A stretch of 64,000 bases of DNA from Octopus bimaculoides (lineage: Eukaryota): assembly GCF_001194135.2 (NCBI RefSeq), contig NC_068995.1, positions 34,752,136 through 34,816,135 of the forward strand, read 5' to 3'. Position 1 is the stretch's first letter; each line of letters begins with the position of its first letter. A program made the position numbers and the translations under genes. The notes below the pieces were generated by a model. That model made no database searches and was not told where the DNA came from. It saw only the letters and a program-made list of their open reading frames with translations. Shown here one piece after another: positions 24,157 to 35,799 of the stretch.

Positions 24157-24734
24157 NNNNNNNNNNNNNNNNNNNNNNNNNNNNNNNNNNNNNNNNNNNN
24201 NNNNNNNNNNNNNNNNNNNNNNNNNNNNNNNNNNNNNNNNNNNNNNNNNNNNNNNNNNNNNNNNNNNNNNNNNNNNNNNNNNNNNNNNNNNNNNNNNNNN
24301 NNNNNNNNNNNNNNNNNNNNNNNNNNNNNNNNNNNNNNNNNNNNNNNNNNNNNNNNNNNNNNNNNNNNNNNNNNNNNNNNNNNNNNNNNNNNNNNNNNNN
24401 NNNNNNNNNNNNNNNNNNNNNNNNNNNNNNNNNNNNNNNNNNNNNNNNNNNNNNNNNNNNNNNNNNNNNNNNNNNNNNNNNNNNNNNNNNNNNNNNNNNN
24501 NNNNNNNNNNNNNNNNNNNNNNNNNNNNNNNNNNNNNNNNNNNNNNNNNNNNNNNNNNNNNNNNNNNNNNNNNNNNNNNNNNNNNNNNNNNNNNNNNNNN
24601 NNNNNNNNNNNNNNNNNNNNNNNNNNNNNNNNNNNNNNNNNNNNNNNNNNNNNNNNNNNNNNNNNNNNNNNNNNNNNNNNNNNNNNNNNNNNNNNNNNNN
24701 NNNNNNNNACATGTTAAAACATATTCTTTTATTT

Positions 24735-25178
24735 TTTTCTTTTATATTTTACTTGTTTCAGTCATTAGACTGCAGCCAAGCTGGGGTGCCACCTTGAATA
24801 TTTTTCCTAGTCGAATGAATCCACCACAGTACTTACTTTTGTTTTAAGTATGGTACTTTGTCTATCGGGCTCTTTAGCCAAACCGCTAAGTTTCGGGGAC
24901 GCAAACATACCAACATCGATTGTCAAGCGGTGGTGGGGGAGATAAACACACACACACACACGCACACACACACGCACACACACACACACACACACATACG
25001 CACACATATATATACGATAAGCTTCTTCAGTCTCTGGCTACCAAATCCACACACAAGGCTTTCATCGTCCCGAGGCTATAGTAGAAGTCACTTGCCCAAG
25101 ATGCTATGCTGTGGGACTGAACCCGGAACCATGTGGTCGGAAAGCAAGCTTCTTACCACGCAGCCACTCCTGCGCCTC
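24735..25178 (-). mobile_element. SINE family A, full length with internal (CA)n
   Basis: Head 'aggcgcaggagtggctgcgtggtaagaagcttgc...gggttcagtccc' on the minus strand; tail '...gcagtctaatgactgaaacaagtaaaa'. Confidence 0.92.
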
Positions 25179-25199
25179 ATTTAATATATCTTTAAACGG

Positions 25200-25640
25200 T
25201 TCGACACTGTGACGATAGCTTTAATCCCATGTAAATCTGCTGACCGCAAATCACTTACGGTATATTAATTGGCTATACAGTACAGGCGAGAAATTGTATC
25301 TAAATGCAATGACAATCGATGTGGTACCTGTCACTTCATGCACACCGGTCAATATATGAACTGCAAAAGTAGAAATTTAATTTACTGTATCAAATGCCCG
25401 AATTGTGAAGAGAAATACTTTGGTCAGACTAGGAATGCATTACCAAAACGTTCACGTGTGAAACGACAGCAAATTACGGACCCTGATGTCGGTCAGATCT
25501 TTTTAAGCAACCATCTGGCAACATGTGGTCAGAACAAGTTTATAATATTCCCATTCTAAAAAACGACACAACTCAACTGAAGTCGAGAGTAAAGTCAGAG
25601 AAAAGAATTTTATTGATAAACTCACACCCGTTTTAAATGG
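25200..25640 (+). mobile_element. Penelope-like element GIY-YIG endonuclease fragment
   Basis: ORF 25269-25559: KCNDNRCGTC linker, NLIYCIKCPNCEEKYFGQT (GIY-YIG), NHL; then frameshifted 'VREKNFIDKLTPVLN'. Confidence 0.85.
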
Positions 25641-25895
25641 ACAAAACTCTATTATAATAATGATCTTGTTTGTAAGTTTGTCCAAAATCACGCAATCAGT
25701 GAGTAGCAGTGTAAGAGTAAAAAAGAGACAAAATCGTAATAACAATAGGAGAGGGAGGGGCATCAAACAGTGCCTCTTGCCCTCTCTCTCAACAAAAACC
25801 TTTTCACTTTATTGAAGAACGCTGCCTCTCTCGTTCTCTCACTCTCTCTGTATCTACAGACGCACACACACGCATTCTCTCTCTTTTTCGCTCTA

Positions 25896-25982
<87 letters not shown>

Positions 25983-26548
25983 AATAACATTTTCATTTTT
26001 ATTTGATGAACGTTGATTTTTTTCTGGTAAACATTAATAACAATATAAGTAAATAAGATTTTTGCACCTCAAAATTATTTTTTTTATTTGTATCTCCATG
26101 GATGTTTGACTGTTATGGAAGATTTTACTGCTTAAAAAGTTGCAAAGTTAATAGAATATAAGATAAGTAAATAAGTAGTAATTTTAAGTCATAAAATTAG
26201 AATATTGAAAGAAAGCTTGATAATATTGTCTGTTTAAAGAAATCTAAATATAAACCGGAGGTAATTATAAATATTTGTAAATACTTGCCGATACAGTAAT
26301 GTTTGTAAATATTAATGAATGAAGAATTTTACCAAGGCGGTGAAGATTCTCTTCAAGATCTTTTTTCATTTCAGGCGGTAAAGAGAGTGAGGGAGAGACA
26401 AACAGACAGACATTGATAGAGAACGTGTAGATGTTTGCTGGAAAAAAATAAGTCTGTGTGTATCCCGTTAATGTAATCCTGTGTAATTTTGAACTTTGTA
26501 TGGTTACGTATAGAAATATAAACAATCTAACGCACACACACACGCACG

Positions 26549-26598
<50 letters not shown>

Positions 26599-26649
26599 TA
26601 TACTCATTTGTTTTGAAGTTTGTGTTCCTTGTATTAAATATACTCATCC

Positions 26650-26883
26650 ACCTGCTATGGAGAATGAATCAGACAGAAGGCGACGGTTAGCCAGAGAGAG
26701 AGAGAGAGAAAAAGGCGAAGAACAGCCAGTCTCACTCGGGAAGAACTGGACGCAAGAAGATTAAACAATACATTAAGGTTAGTAAAGCAATCACAAGAAG
26801 AGAGACGAGAGTAAGACGTAAGAAGACATTCACGAAGAGGTCAAAATGAAAAGGAGCACCTAACTGTACAAAGGAGAGATATC

Positions 26884-26941
<58 letters not shown>

Positions 26942-27100
26942 AGCACAAAAGCGCCAAGATGAAGAGCAAGCAGCAGTGAAGAGAGAATATCTAAGAACGA
27001 GAGCATCGCAAAGGTGACAAGATGAAACGGAAGACGAAGCAGCACGAAGGAGAGAAATCAAAAGAGAGAGAACATCGAGGAGAAGAAAAGGAAGGATTAA
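26650..27100 (+). mobile_element. Arg/Glu-rich repeat-coding remnant, possibly a Helitron RepHel N-terminus
   Basis: Broken frame 'ENESDRRRRLARERE...TREELDARRL...DETEDEAARRREIKRER'; compositional and pattern match only. Confidence 0.35.
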
Positions 27101-28249
27101 TTAATACTGAAACGGACCATCCAGAGCAAGGTGATCTCATTGGCGGCAGGGTTCTCGCTAGAAACGTGCTGTTGAAGCAATTACTGAGATAAAAGCTGTA
27201 ATGTTTTTATTTTAATTTTATTTTCCGTACCATTTTCATGCCGTCATTTCTGACGGCACGGGCAAACTAGCAACAATAATAACAGTTATAGTAACGGTAA
27301 TAATTGTAATGATGATAATGATTAAAATAAATACCACCACCACNNNNNNNNNNNNNNNNNNNNNNNNNNNNNNNNNNNNNNNNNNNNNNNNNNNNNNNNN
27401 NNNNNNNNNNNNNNNNNNNNNNNNNNNNNNNNNNNNNNNNNNNNNNNNNNNNNNNNNNNNNNNNNNNNNNNNNNNNNNNNNNNNCACCACCACCATCACC
27501 ACCACCACCACCATCACCGCAACCACCACCACAACCACCACCACCACCAACTACCAATAATAAAGGTGATGGTGGGGATGGTAGTATAGTTAATCATCAG
27601 TGGCGAAGTGTGACTCGGAAACTAGGGCATGCAGACCCCGCCCACTCTGAGGTTGGGTGGTGGAATTTCCGAGCGTTCTACCCTTCCCCATTTTCCGTGA
27701 AAAGTGTGGTATTATATGCTTTGAGATATGGGGATTCTGATAATTTCTCCTTACGATGCACCGTTTTGAAGTTGTTAGTAACACAATAGAAACGTACATA
27801 CGTTTCCAAGATATATACAGGAATCCCGTGATTAGTGCGCAAAAAGTTTTGAGACGGCTCCTTAATTTTAGCAGTGTCAAAGTTGATTAGCTCACTTCCA
27901 CAAGTGTTTTTTTTTTGCGTAAATTCTTTGAAGTATTGGCAGTACCTCATCTTCAGTTCCGCACCAATCCTTCACGAATGAGGTCGTGTGCCACACCTAT
28001 TATTGCTTAACTAGTATATTCAAAATAAATCGACAAAACTCCTTGAAATTCTATCAAAAGTCGTGTAGTTGTCCGATTTCTTTTTCTCTTTTCATGAGTT
28101 TATAGAAAAGATCTGGATCCCCCTGTTTTTAAATAAAAATTATTATCGAATAAAAAGTGATTTTCGCCTATTAATTACCGCTCAAAACTTTGAAACGGAA
28201 ATATTCCCACTTCTAATATCGTAGCCATATTAAGGGTTAGGGTTAGGGT

Positions 28250-28446
28250 TATTAGCAAGTCGGACCAGACGCATTGCCGTATTTCACCCGCACTTGTGCT
28301 CTGAGTGCAAATACCGCCGTGGTCGACTTTGTCTTTCATCAGTTCGGGGTCGATAAATTAATTACCAGTCAAGCACTGGGGGTCGAAGTAATCGACTAGA
28401 CTCATTCCCCCAAATTTCAGCTCTTGTGGCTGCATCAAAAAAGAAC
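28250..28446 (+). mobile_element. SINE family B, diverged
   Basis: 'ctgagtgcaaataccgccgtggtcgactttgtctttcatc..ttcggggtcgataaatta..taccagtc..gcactggg'. Confidence 0.82.
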
Positions 28447-28849
28447 ATTTTATATAGAAACAAAATTAGAAGAAATTTTCTAAAAACGATATGTGTTTTT
28501 TTTCAGTGGAGTCTAACACGGTAATGCTAATTTAAAAAATATAGTATCAGTAAAATCAATCTAATTTTTATTTTTGCATTTTACAATTATAACATTTTTC
28601 TAAGATAAAACAACAGTCCACAAATTTTCGGGCTGTCTTTACTGCTTCCTTGATATTTTTATAGCATCTTATGTCTCACTGTAATAAAAATATAATATAC
28701 AAGTTAAAGTAAATTTTGATCGGTTTTGTAATTAGAAGAATAGGCGATTTTTTAAAAACCTTCATTTATTTATGTCATTTTTTAATTTTTTAAATATGGT
28801 TGGCCATAAGTGAAAAACACAAATATAACTGAAAAAAGTTGGTAGGATT

Positions 28850-29225
28850 GTCGTCAAATCTTCAATGTCGACGAAACTGGCCTATTCTGGAAATAAATGT
28901 CAAGAAGAACTCTTCTGGCAAGAAAAGAGGCGACGACACCAGGTTATAAAGCACCAAAGGATAGATTAACACTTCTACTCGGAGGTAATGCCAAAGTTGA
29001 ATGCAAATTAGAACCGATGCGAATTTATCGTACAATGAACACAAAAGCATTAACAGGCAGTAACAAACAATCCCTTTCAGTTCTTTGAAGAATGGTTCAA
29101 TATGCATTTTTTCTATATTTGAAAAATATCACAAAAAAATAGAAAGAATAATTTAGATTTCAAAGTTCTTTTACTTTTAGATAATGTCATTGGGCATCCC
29201 ACCTCACTTAATGATTTAAATAGCA
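28850..29225 (+). mobile_element. Tigger/pogo (DDE_1) transposase fragment
   Basis: QIFNVDETGLFWK*MSRRTLLARKEATTPGYKAPKDRLTLLLGGNA...LDFKVLLLLDNVIGHP. Confidence 0.9.
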
Positions 29226-29239
29226 CTTTGAATAGCTGA

Positions 29240-29950
29240 ATAAGAGGAAAATCAGCGGACAGGCAGTTAGAAACTGAGGTCAGGCACTCATTTGTTGTGA
29301 ATAATAGCAGAGAACAACCAACGGCTCTGGAGCGGAGGTCTTAACTCGGCTTGGTAAAACCAAATAGTTTAGCCCCAAAGAATAGGGGACGAATGTAGGA
29401 AAAGGCACGCGGAGGAGAACAAGTTTATGAACTACGTTAGGTTCTCCAAGAGCTCAAGACCAGCACCACCGGCTGACAGGGAGATACCATCTTTGAGATG
29501 CTGAAATTGTAAGCCATCGATCTCAGTGCCAGAACCCACCGGAAAGGATGCAGTCGCCTTTCTGGCATTGTTGGAGGTAAAAACAGATTGTAGAAGCCCT
29601 GGTGGGTCGGGCCAGTACAGGTACTCATCTGGAAGAGCCAGAGGATGTTTCTCTTTCAGTCGATTGAATCTGTGATACGCTTGGAGAAGAGAGGAGGCGA
29701 ACAGTACCTTTAATGTCAAATTCGCTGAATTTGGCATTAATGGCCTTCTTTATGCTAGGCGGTCGACCATTGTTCGGGGTTGTGCTGATCTCCGACCTGA
29801 GACGAACAATGGTATGGGTTGACGGCAAGTACATCGATCACTTTGGTATAAAATGATTCAGCACCAGGACTTACCTTCACCTTCTCCGAAAGACCTTTAT
29901 TCATGAAACTTAAAACTAAATTATTACATCTATCTTTACTTTGGGAAAAT
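29240..29950 (-). mobile_element. CRE-clade (RLE-type) non-LTR retrotransposon fragment, pre-RT and RT start; may extend to about 30900
   Basis: With frameshifts, minus strand 'INAKFSEFDIKGTVRLLSS', 'LKEKHP', 'SFPVGSGTEIDGLQFQHLKD..SAGGAGLELLENLT', 'IRPLFFGAKLFGFTKPS*DLRSRAVG', matching the CRE pattern FFGA.L....K..GG.RPIAVG. Confidence 0.72.
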
Positions 29951-31877
29951 CTCATATAACTATTTACTCGCTTTAATGATGAAAGCTATATATTACAAGA
30001 AGCAGATGGTCAGAATCATTGTCGTAATTTTGTTCAAGCTTCCGTATTATGTCTGCAACTTCTTGAATGTCTGACATTTACTTCGCAAATTGTTCGGCAT
30101 AAATTGGTTTTAGCTCGCATTTCAAACCATCTAAATTTAATGTTTTTACGGACATTCAAAGATGAAAATGCTTCCATCAAAAATTTGTATCGTAAGCGTG
30201 AAAAAGCCTCGGATTAACGAATCCAACTAATCTGAACTAAAAACTTTTTAGCAATGGTGTTTTGGATTTTTTTCTTTCTTTACTGACATCGACGTATCCC
30301 CAAAACCTTTCGCCAAACTATTGACAATTCAGTTTTCATTCTAAGGTCTGTTGTCTTATCAAAGATAACTTCATGCAAAATATTGTTAAACAAAGTTCTT
30401 GAAGCAACTTCTGGTTCTTTATGTCGACCATGTTTCTCTGGAGGTTCAGCTACACCATCTAGAGCCCAGCAGTAAATTTCTTCAAACTGGTTGTTTTTGA
30501 TATTGTGGTGAGCCCTATGATTTTAACCCTTTTCATTAAATTATCAGATCACTATCATGAGTGAGTCATATTTGGGGTATGCAATCTTAACTTGAACACC
30601 GTTTTTTCGACCAGTTGGTTTGCAGGAGATCAGACTACCAGTTACACGATATCATGAAAAATGTCCTTCAGATTCGCACATTTTCTCCAGTTAAGTAGTT
30701 TAGCGTTAGAAATCAACCAGAGTTCTCGTGGCATTCGAAAAGAACACAACTCGGTTCTCGCCAAGAAAATCAAAGACAAAATTCATCGGTTTCGCATCTT
30801 GAAGATAACTAATGGCCGAGTAATCACAGTTAAGTCGATCCCTATATCCTGATCTCTTGACCAGTGAAGATTTGATAATCTATGTATTTCATTGTTCTGC
30901 CTGTCCTTAAATAAATCTAATGTTTAATATTTTCTGTTTGAAATATATGCAGAGAACTTAATCTCGATTAATACGACAATTACACCTACCACTACAATAT
31001 ACACCAATTCTTTTTAAATTTCTTAACCTCACAAATACAACTCGAAATATCAAGCGATATTTTTTGAAGAATCGACAACAGAATCTCTGAACCACACAAT
31101 ATGGTTAAAAAACCACAAAAAATCTCCTAAGATTGTAATGAATCTCCCTGCCTGTACAAATTCAGAAGCACTAAAATCATCTTGAATTTGTAATATGGCT
31201 GAAAATACCTTATGAAACAAAGTAATTTTGTTGGACAAAATGAATACTTGTCGAGATGAATAATTCTAATTGAAGTAACTTTGGAAATCAACTTCCAGAG
31301 ATTTCATCCAGTAGGGGTTATTCAAGGCGTCGACTTTGAGAAAAGTCGAAATTTATTCTAAAGTTTGGAAAAAAATTAGACTGTCACGAATTCTTGAAGC
31401 TGACTGAGAGAGTACCAAATTAAGTGAGTATGTATAATAATGTACTATTTCTCATCAGTAAATCGCAAAACGTGTGACAGTTAAGATTTCATTCGATGCT
31501 CTGTAGTCTCACCAAGCATAACAACAACAAATGCTGTTTTTCTCTTTTGATCATTGACTTAATTAAACATGTACTTGCAACAGCTATACGATTAAATACT
31601 TTCACTTTGAATATCACTTGAAACTGATATTCGTTTTCAATATCACTTCAAAGCTGAGAAAATGTGTTCTTATACTGACAAACTAACTGATAACAGAAAA
31701 AAAAAATAACATAGCTAACTGGAAGCAGAAAAATTTGCAGAATGGGTCATCTCGTCATTCGGTTTCTTCTTTTCTTCTTTGATGAAACTGTAAAAAAATC
31801 TTTGGGGTCACATGACTGAATTCAGGTCTTAAGAAGGGATCAAAAATACTCTCTCCATTGGCGCTAAATCTTTTAGA

Positions 31878-31999
31878 AAGCAAGCGTAAGTATGTGGTAA
31901 GACGTTCGCTTCCCAACCACATGGTTCCACGTTCAGTATTCTACTGATGTCTTCTACTATAGCCTTGGGCTGACTAAAACCTTGTAAGTGGACTAGATC
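31878..31999 (+). mobile_element. SINE family A head fragment
   Basis: 'tgtggtaagacgttcgcttcccaaccacatggttccacgttcag...gtcttctactatagccttggg'. Confidence 0.82.
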
Positions 32000-32343
32000 A
32001 AAGGCGCAGAACAGGGGGTGTAGGGCGTGCATTTGACCCCTCACTAAAATTTTGTTGAGGTGCAAAATTCAATATTGCATTTCCTACTTGCTTTTCTCAG
32101 GCTTAGAGAAAACTGTTTAAAAATTGATCTGTAAAAAGTTATTTGAAGTTAGGTTTCTTCACAAAATAAAAACAAAGAACTTAACTAAATAAAAACAAAA
32201 CCTTTCAAAATTCCTAGAAAGATATATTACTGAACTAAACCTTCCTCAAAATTACAATTATACATATAACACACACACACATACATATATGCATATTTAT
32301 ATATATATACATGTAAGTCTGTATATACATATACATATATATG

Positions 32344-32392
<49 letters not shown>

Positions 32393-32529
32393 GTATGTGT
32401 GTAAACAACAACCACGACCACTCCTCAGTACTAGCACGATTTATTACCTATTAAACTCCACAATCAAGAGCCCCCCCCCCAGTTAGGCTGTCCACCTCTT
32501 CATTTCATCAGAATACCACAAGTGACCTA

Positions 32530-32960
32530 TCATCATCATTGTCATTATGCTCTACAGCTACTACATTTACTACAACTAAACAATAACAACAACAAGATCA
32601 GCATCAGAAGTCACTCTTCAGTACTGGAACAATCGATGACCGATTAAACTCCCCAATCAAAGGCCCTTCACAGTCTAGCTATCCACATCCTCATTTCCTC
32701 TGAAAACCATTACTGGCCCCTCATCATCATTGCCATCATGTTCTACTGCTACTACCCTTACCACACCTAAACTATAGCAATGATAACAAGATCAGCATTG
32801 GAAGTCACTCTTCAATACTCGAACAATTGATGATTCATTAAACAATACGATTCCTAGCTCTTCTCCACAATCAGGCCACTCAGATTCTTCTCAGAATAAC
32901 ACATGTGATCCAACATCACCATTGTCATCTTGTTCTACTTCTACTACCATTACCACTACT
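32530..32960 (+). repeat. About 190-bp tandem unit, two copies plus a partial third
   Basis: 'catcatcattgtc...aacaagatcagcat..gaagtcactcttca.tact.gaacaat.gatga' at about 32533 and 32722; partial copy at about 32913. Confidence 0.75.
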
Positions 32961-33189
32961 GCTACTCCAATTGGTGAAGACACCCCACTGTCCACCTCAG
33001 TCTGAATGTTTACTCGGCAGCTCCTTGATAAATCTGCCAACTGTAAACAAAATAAAATAATGAACACACGAAACCTTCAGAATATGCCACTATTCTGAAC
33101 GCAAGATTCTATGCATACGCAGTGGTTGTAACATCACCCATTTACCTGGGACAAGACAAAGTTTGTGAAAGCAATACCAGCCAACGCCA

Positions 33190-33530
33190 GACATCTTACG
33201 GCATCATTACACTAAACGCTAAATCACACTTAATAACTTCTACACATGTAACCCAGAATCCCCATGGTCACTGATGCATTGAACTATTTTCACCAAATCG
33301 CTATGGACCAGCCTTTGTGATGAAAATGCTATCATGTTGTAAGCCCGTGTCTGTTGCACCAAGTAAGAGAATTTCAGCAAACTTCGCTGTTTGAAGACCT
33401 GACTCCGTATCACAATGACGCAACACCGTCGGACACACTGTGCTGTAATGCATATACATAAAAACTTGTGCAATGAAAACACTTTCGACCTCCTCTTGGA
33501 AAACGTCATTGCCAGAATGAGTGAGTATAG
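33190..33530 (+). mobile_element. Decayed APE-endonuclease start of a LINE (CR1/L2-like)
   Basis: Weak motifs 'TLNAKS' (LNARS-like) and 'YIHKNL'; many stop codons. Confidence 0.3.
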
Positions 33531-33711
33531 AAAAATCTATGTAATGATTTGAATCATTACTTTTCCATATATATAATAATAATAAATATTATCATACCTG
33601 TGTTTGTTTTCATATTAAGATTGAAAAAATCAAAAAAACAGCCTTGTTTGTAAAAGAAATTGGACCTGGGTTTGCACTCCCGAAACAAATTTCGTTCCCG
33701 GGACACTAAAA

Positions 33712-33772
33712 ATGATAGAAGGAAACTGAAAAAACCCGTCGTAAACATATATGTACACACACACACACACAT

Positions 33773-33858
<86 letters not shown>

Positions 33859-34067
33859 CTGTGTTTGTCCTTCATCAATGCTTGACAACCGGCATTGGTA
33901 TGTTTACGTTCCCGTAACTTAGAAGTTCGGCACGAGAGACCAAAATAATAAGCACCAGGCTTTAAAAAATGTACTGGGGTAGATTCATTAGGCTAAAAAT
34001 TATTTAAGGTGGTTCCCCAGCGGAGCCACAATCTACTGATTGAAACAAGTAGAAGATAAAAGATAAG
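33712..34067 (+). mobile_element. SINE family A, 5'-truncated, with expanded internal microsatellite
   Basis: 'ggaaactgaaaaaacccgtcgta'+(CA/TA/TG)n+'cttgacaaccgg...cgtaacttag..gttcggc...tgaaacaagtagaagataaaaga'. Confidence 0.85.
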
Positions 34068-34329
34068 ATGTGTACTCTCTGGTACCGAATAATCGTACGA
34101 AATATATCAGAAAGCAATATAAGAAACTTGTAAATTGACTAAATTTGCATTTCACGTCTAAATGTGTCCGACTATGAGGAAAGTCTCAGGACTGTTCTCT
34201 GAATAGGCAAGTTTTTGATCTCTGCTGCACAGGACAGTAAAAATATCAGCACTTCAAGAGAAAAAAAAAGAGGTTACAACGTGTCTGTTGGCTTAACACA
34301 GCTGGAAGACAAGCAGTAAAATATTCCCT

Positions 34330-34660
34330 TTCGCTTTCTTTCTCTTTATTGACCACTTATATTTTTGTTTTGCCCCTCTTTTTGACGCTCCCTCTTCGAA
34401 AATAATAAAATACAAAGACAATAACACTACTGCTCCTAATCTTATGACTAAAAGTAAACAGTAAAAAAATTGCTCTGCTTTGCCTTTCTTGATGTTGGCC
34501 ACTCACCCGTTTATTTTGTCCCTCTCTTTGACGCTCCATTCTCGAAGAGAATAATAGAATACGATGAGACCAATACCATTGCACTTACTGACTGGATGAA
34601 AGCAAGAAGAAAAATTCGCCTTTCTCTCTGTTGAACACTCACTCGTTTGTTTTGTCTCTC
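34330..34660. repeat. Degenerate tandem repeat, unit about 145 bp, about 2.5 copies
   Basis: Recurring 'ccact..c....tt.ttttgt.cctct.tttgacgctcc..tc.cgaa.a.aata' at about 34352, 34499 and 34636. Confidence 0.6.
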
Positions 34661-35629
34661 TTGTTGACACTTTCTCCAAAAGAACATGAAAGTAATTAAT
34701 TCACAGCTTTTCCTTCTTTTCTAGCAAAGCAGACGGGAGCTTTCACTACTTACACTTGTTAAATAATGTCGATTGTTTGCAACGTATACTTAGAAATGAA
34801 GGAACGCAAAATAAAAGTAAATATGACTACAATGAATCTAGTGAAAATTATCAATAACCAATTACACAAAAATTATTTATCGTGGTAAAATAGTAAGGCA
34901 TGCAGTGAATGCATTGAATACATAGACCCTTCGTTATTAATCATATCAGTGATATGGTTAACCATATCAGCATTGACTTGATTGAAATGTAAAATTTCTT
35001 GGAAATTCTAACTATAGAATGCAATGAAAACAGGAATGTTGTTTATAACATACCAAAATATAGTCAAACAATTATTCCTTTAGGTGCAGTCAAAGTACAG
35101 AATATCTGACGTGCCCACCAATCCGTGACGTCTAAGCCGCACACCAATCAACTAAACTATCCCATTGAAAAAAAAAAGCGAGATGAATGCTAACCTATTT
35201 GGTGCATTCACTAAACCGTGACGTTTAAACTTCATAGTGATTAGTACAAATACATGTAAAACTTAGTTGGCGCACTCACTAAACCGTGATATCTATGGGA
35301 CATAGGGACTGGTCAAAATACAGTTCGTAAGATTCAACCTGCTGGAACCCATCGGAGGGTATTTAAAGGACAAATCTAACCATTTCGCTACGGTTGTCAA
35401 TAATGGAACATGACTGTCACTACATAAACCTGATAACTGCGTAACACATGAAAGTAGTAGTTCATTTCGGTATTGTAAAATTGAAAAAAGAATAAAACGT
35501 GAAAATCAGTTGGAATTTCATTGATTAATATATTTTTCTATACACAATCATATAAAATTGGATATATATATATGCACATTTGATTAATAGTTGCAATATA
35601 TTTGTATGTTAAATCACTCACTGTGCATG

Positions 35630-35662
<33 letters not shown>

Positions 35663-35799
35663 NNNNNNNNNNNNNNNNNNNNNNNNNNNNNNNNNNNNNN
35701 NNNNNNNNNNNNNNNNNNNNNNNNNNNNNNNNNNNNNNNNNNNNNNNNNNNNNNNNNNNNNNNNNNNNNNNNNNNNNNNNNNNNNNNTATATATATATA

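Noticed and set aside
28230-28250. TTAGGG telomere-like repeats
   Set aside because: Only about three units, internal; more likely the subterminal repeat of a small DNA element or chance.
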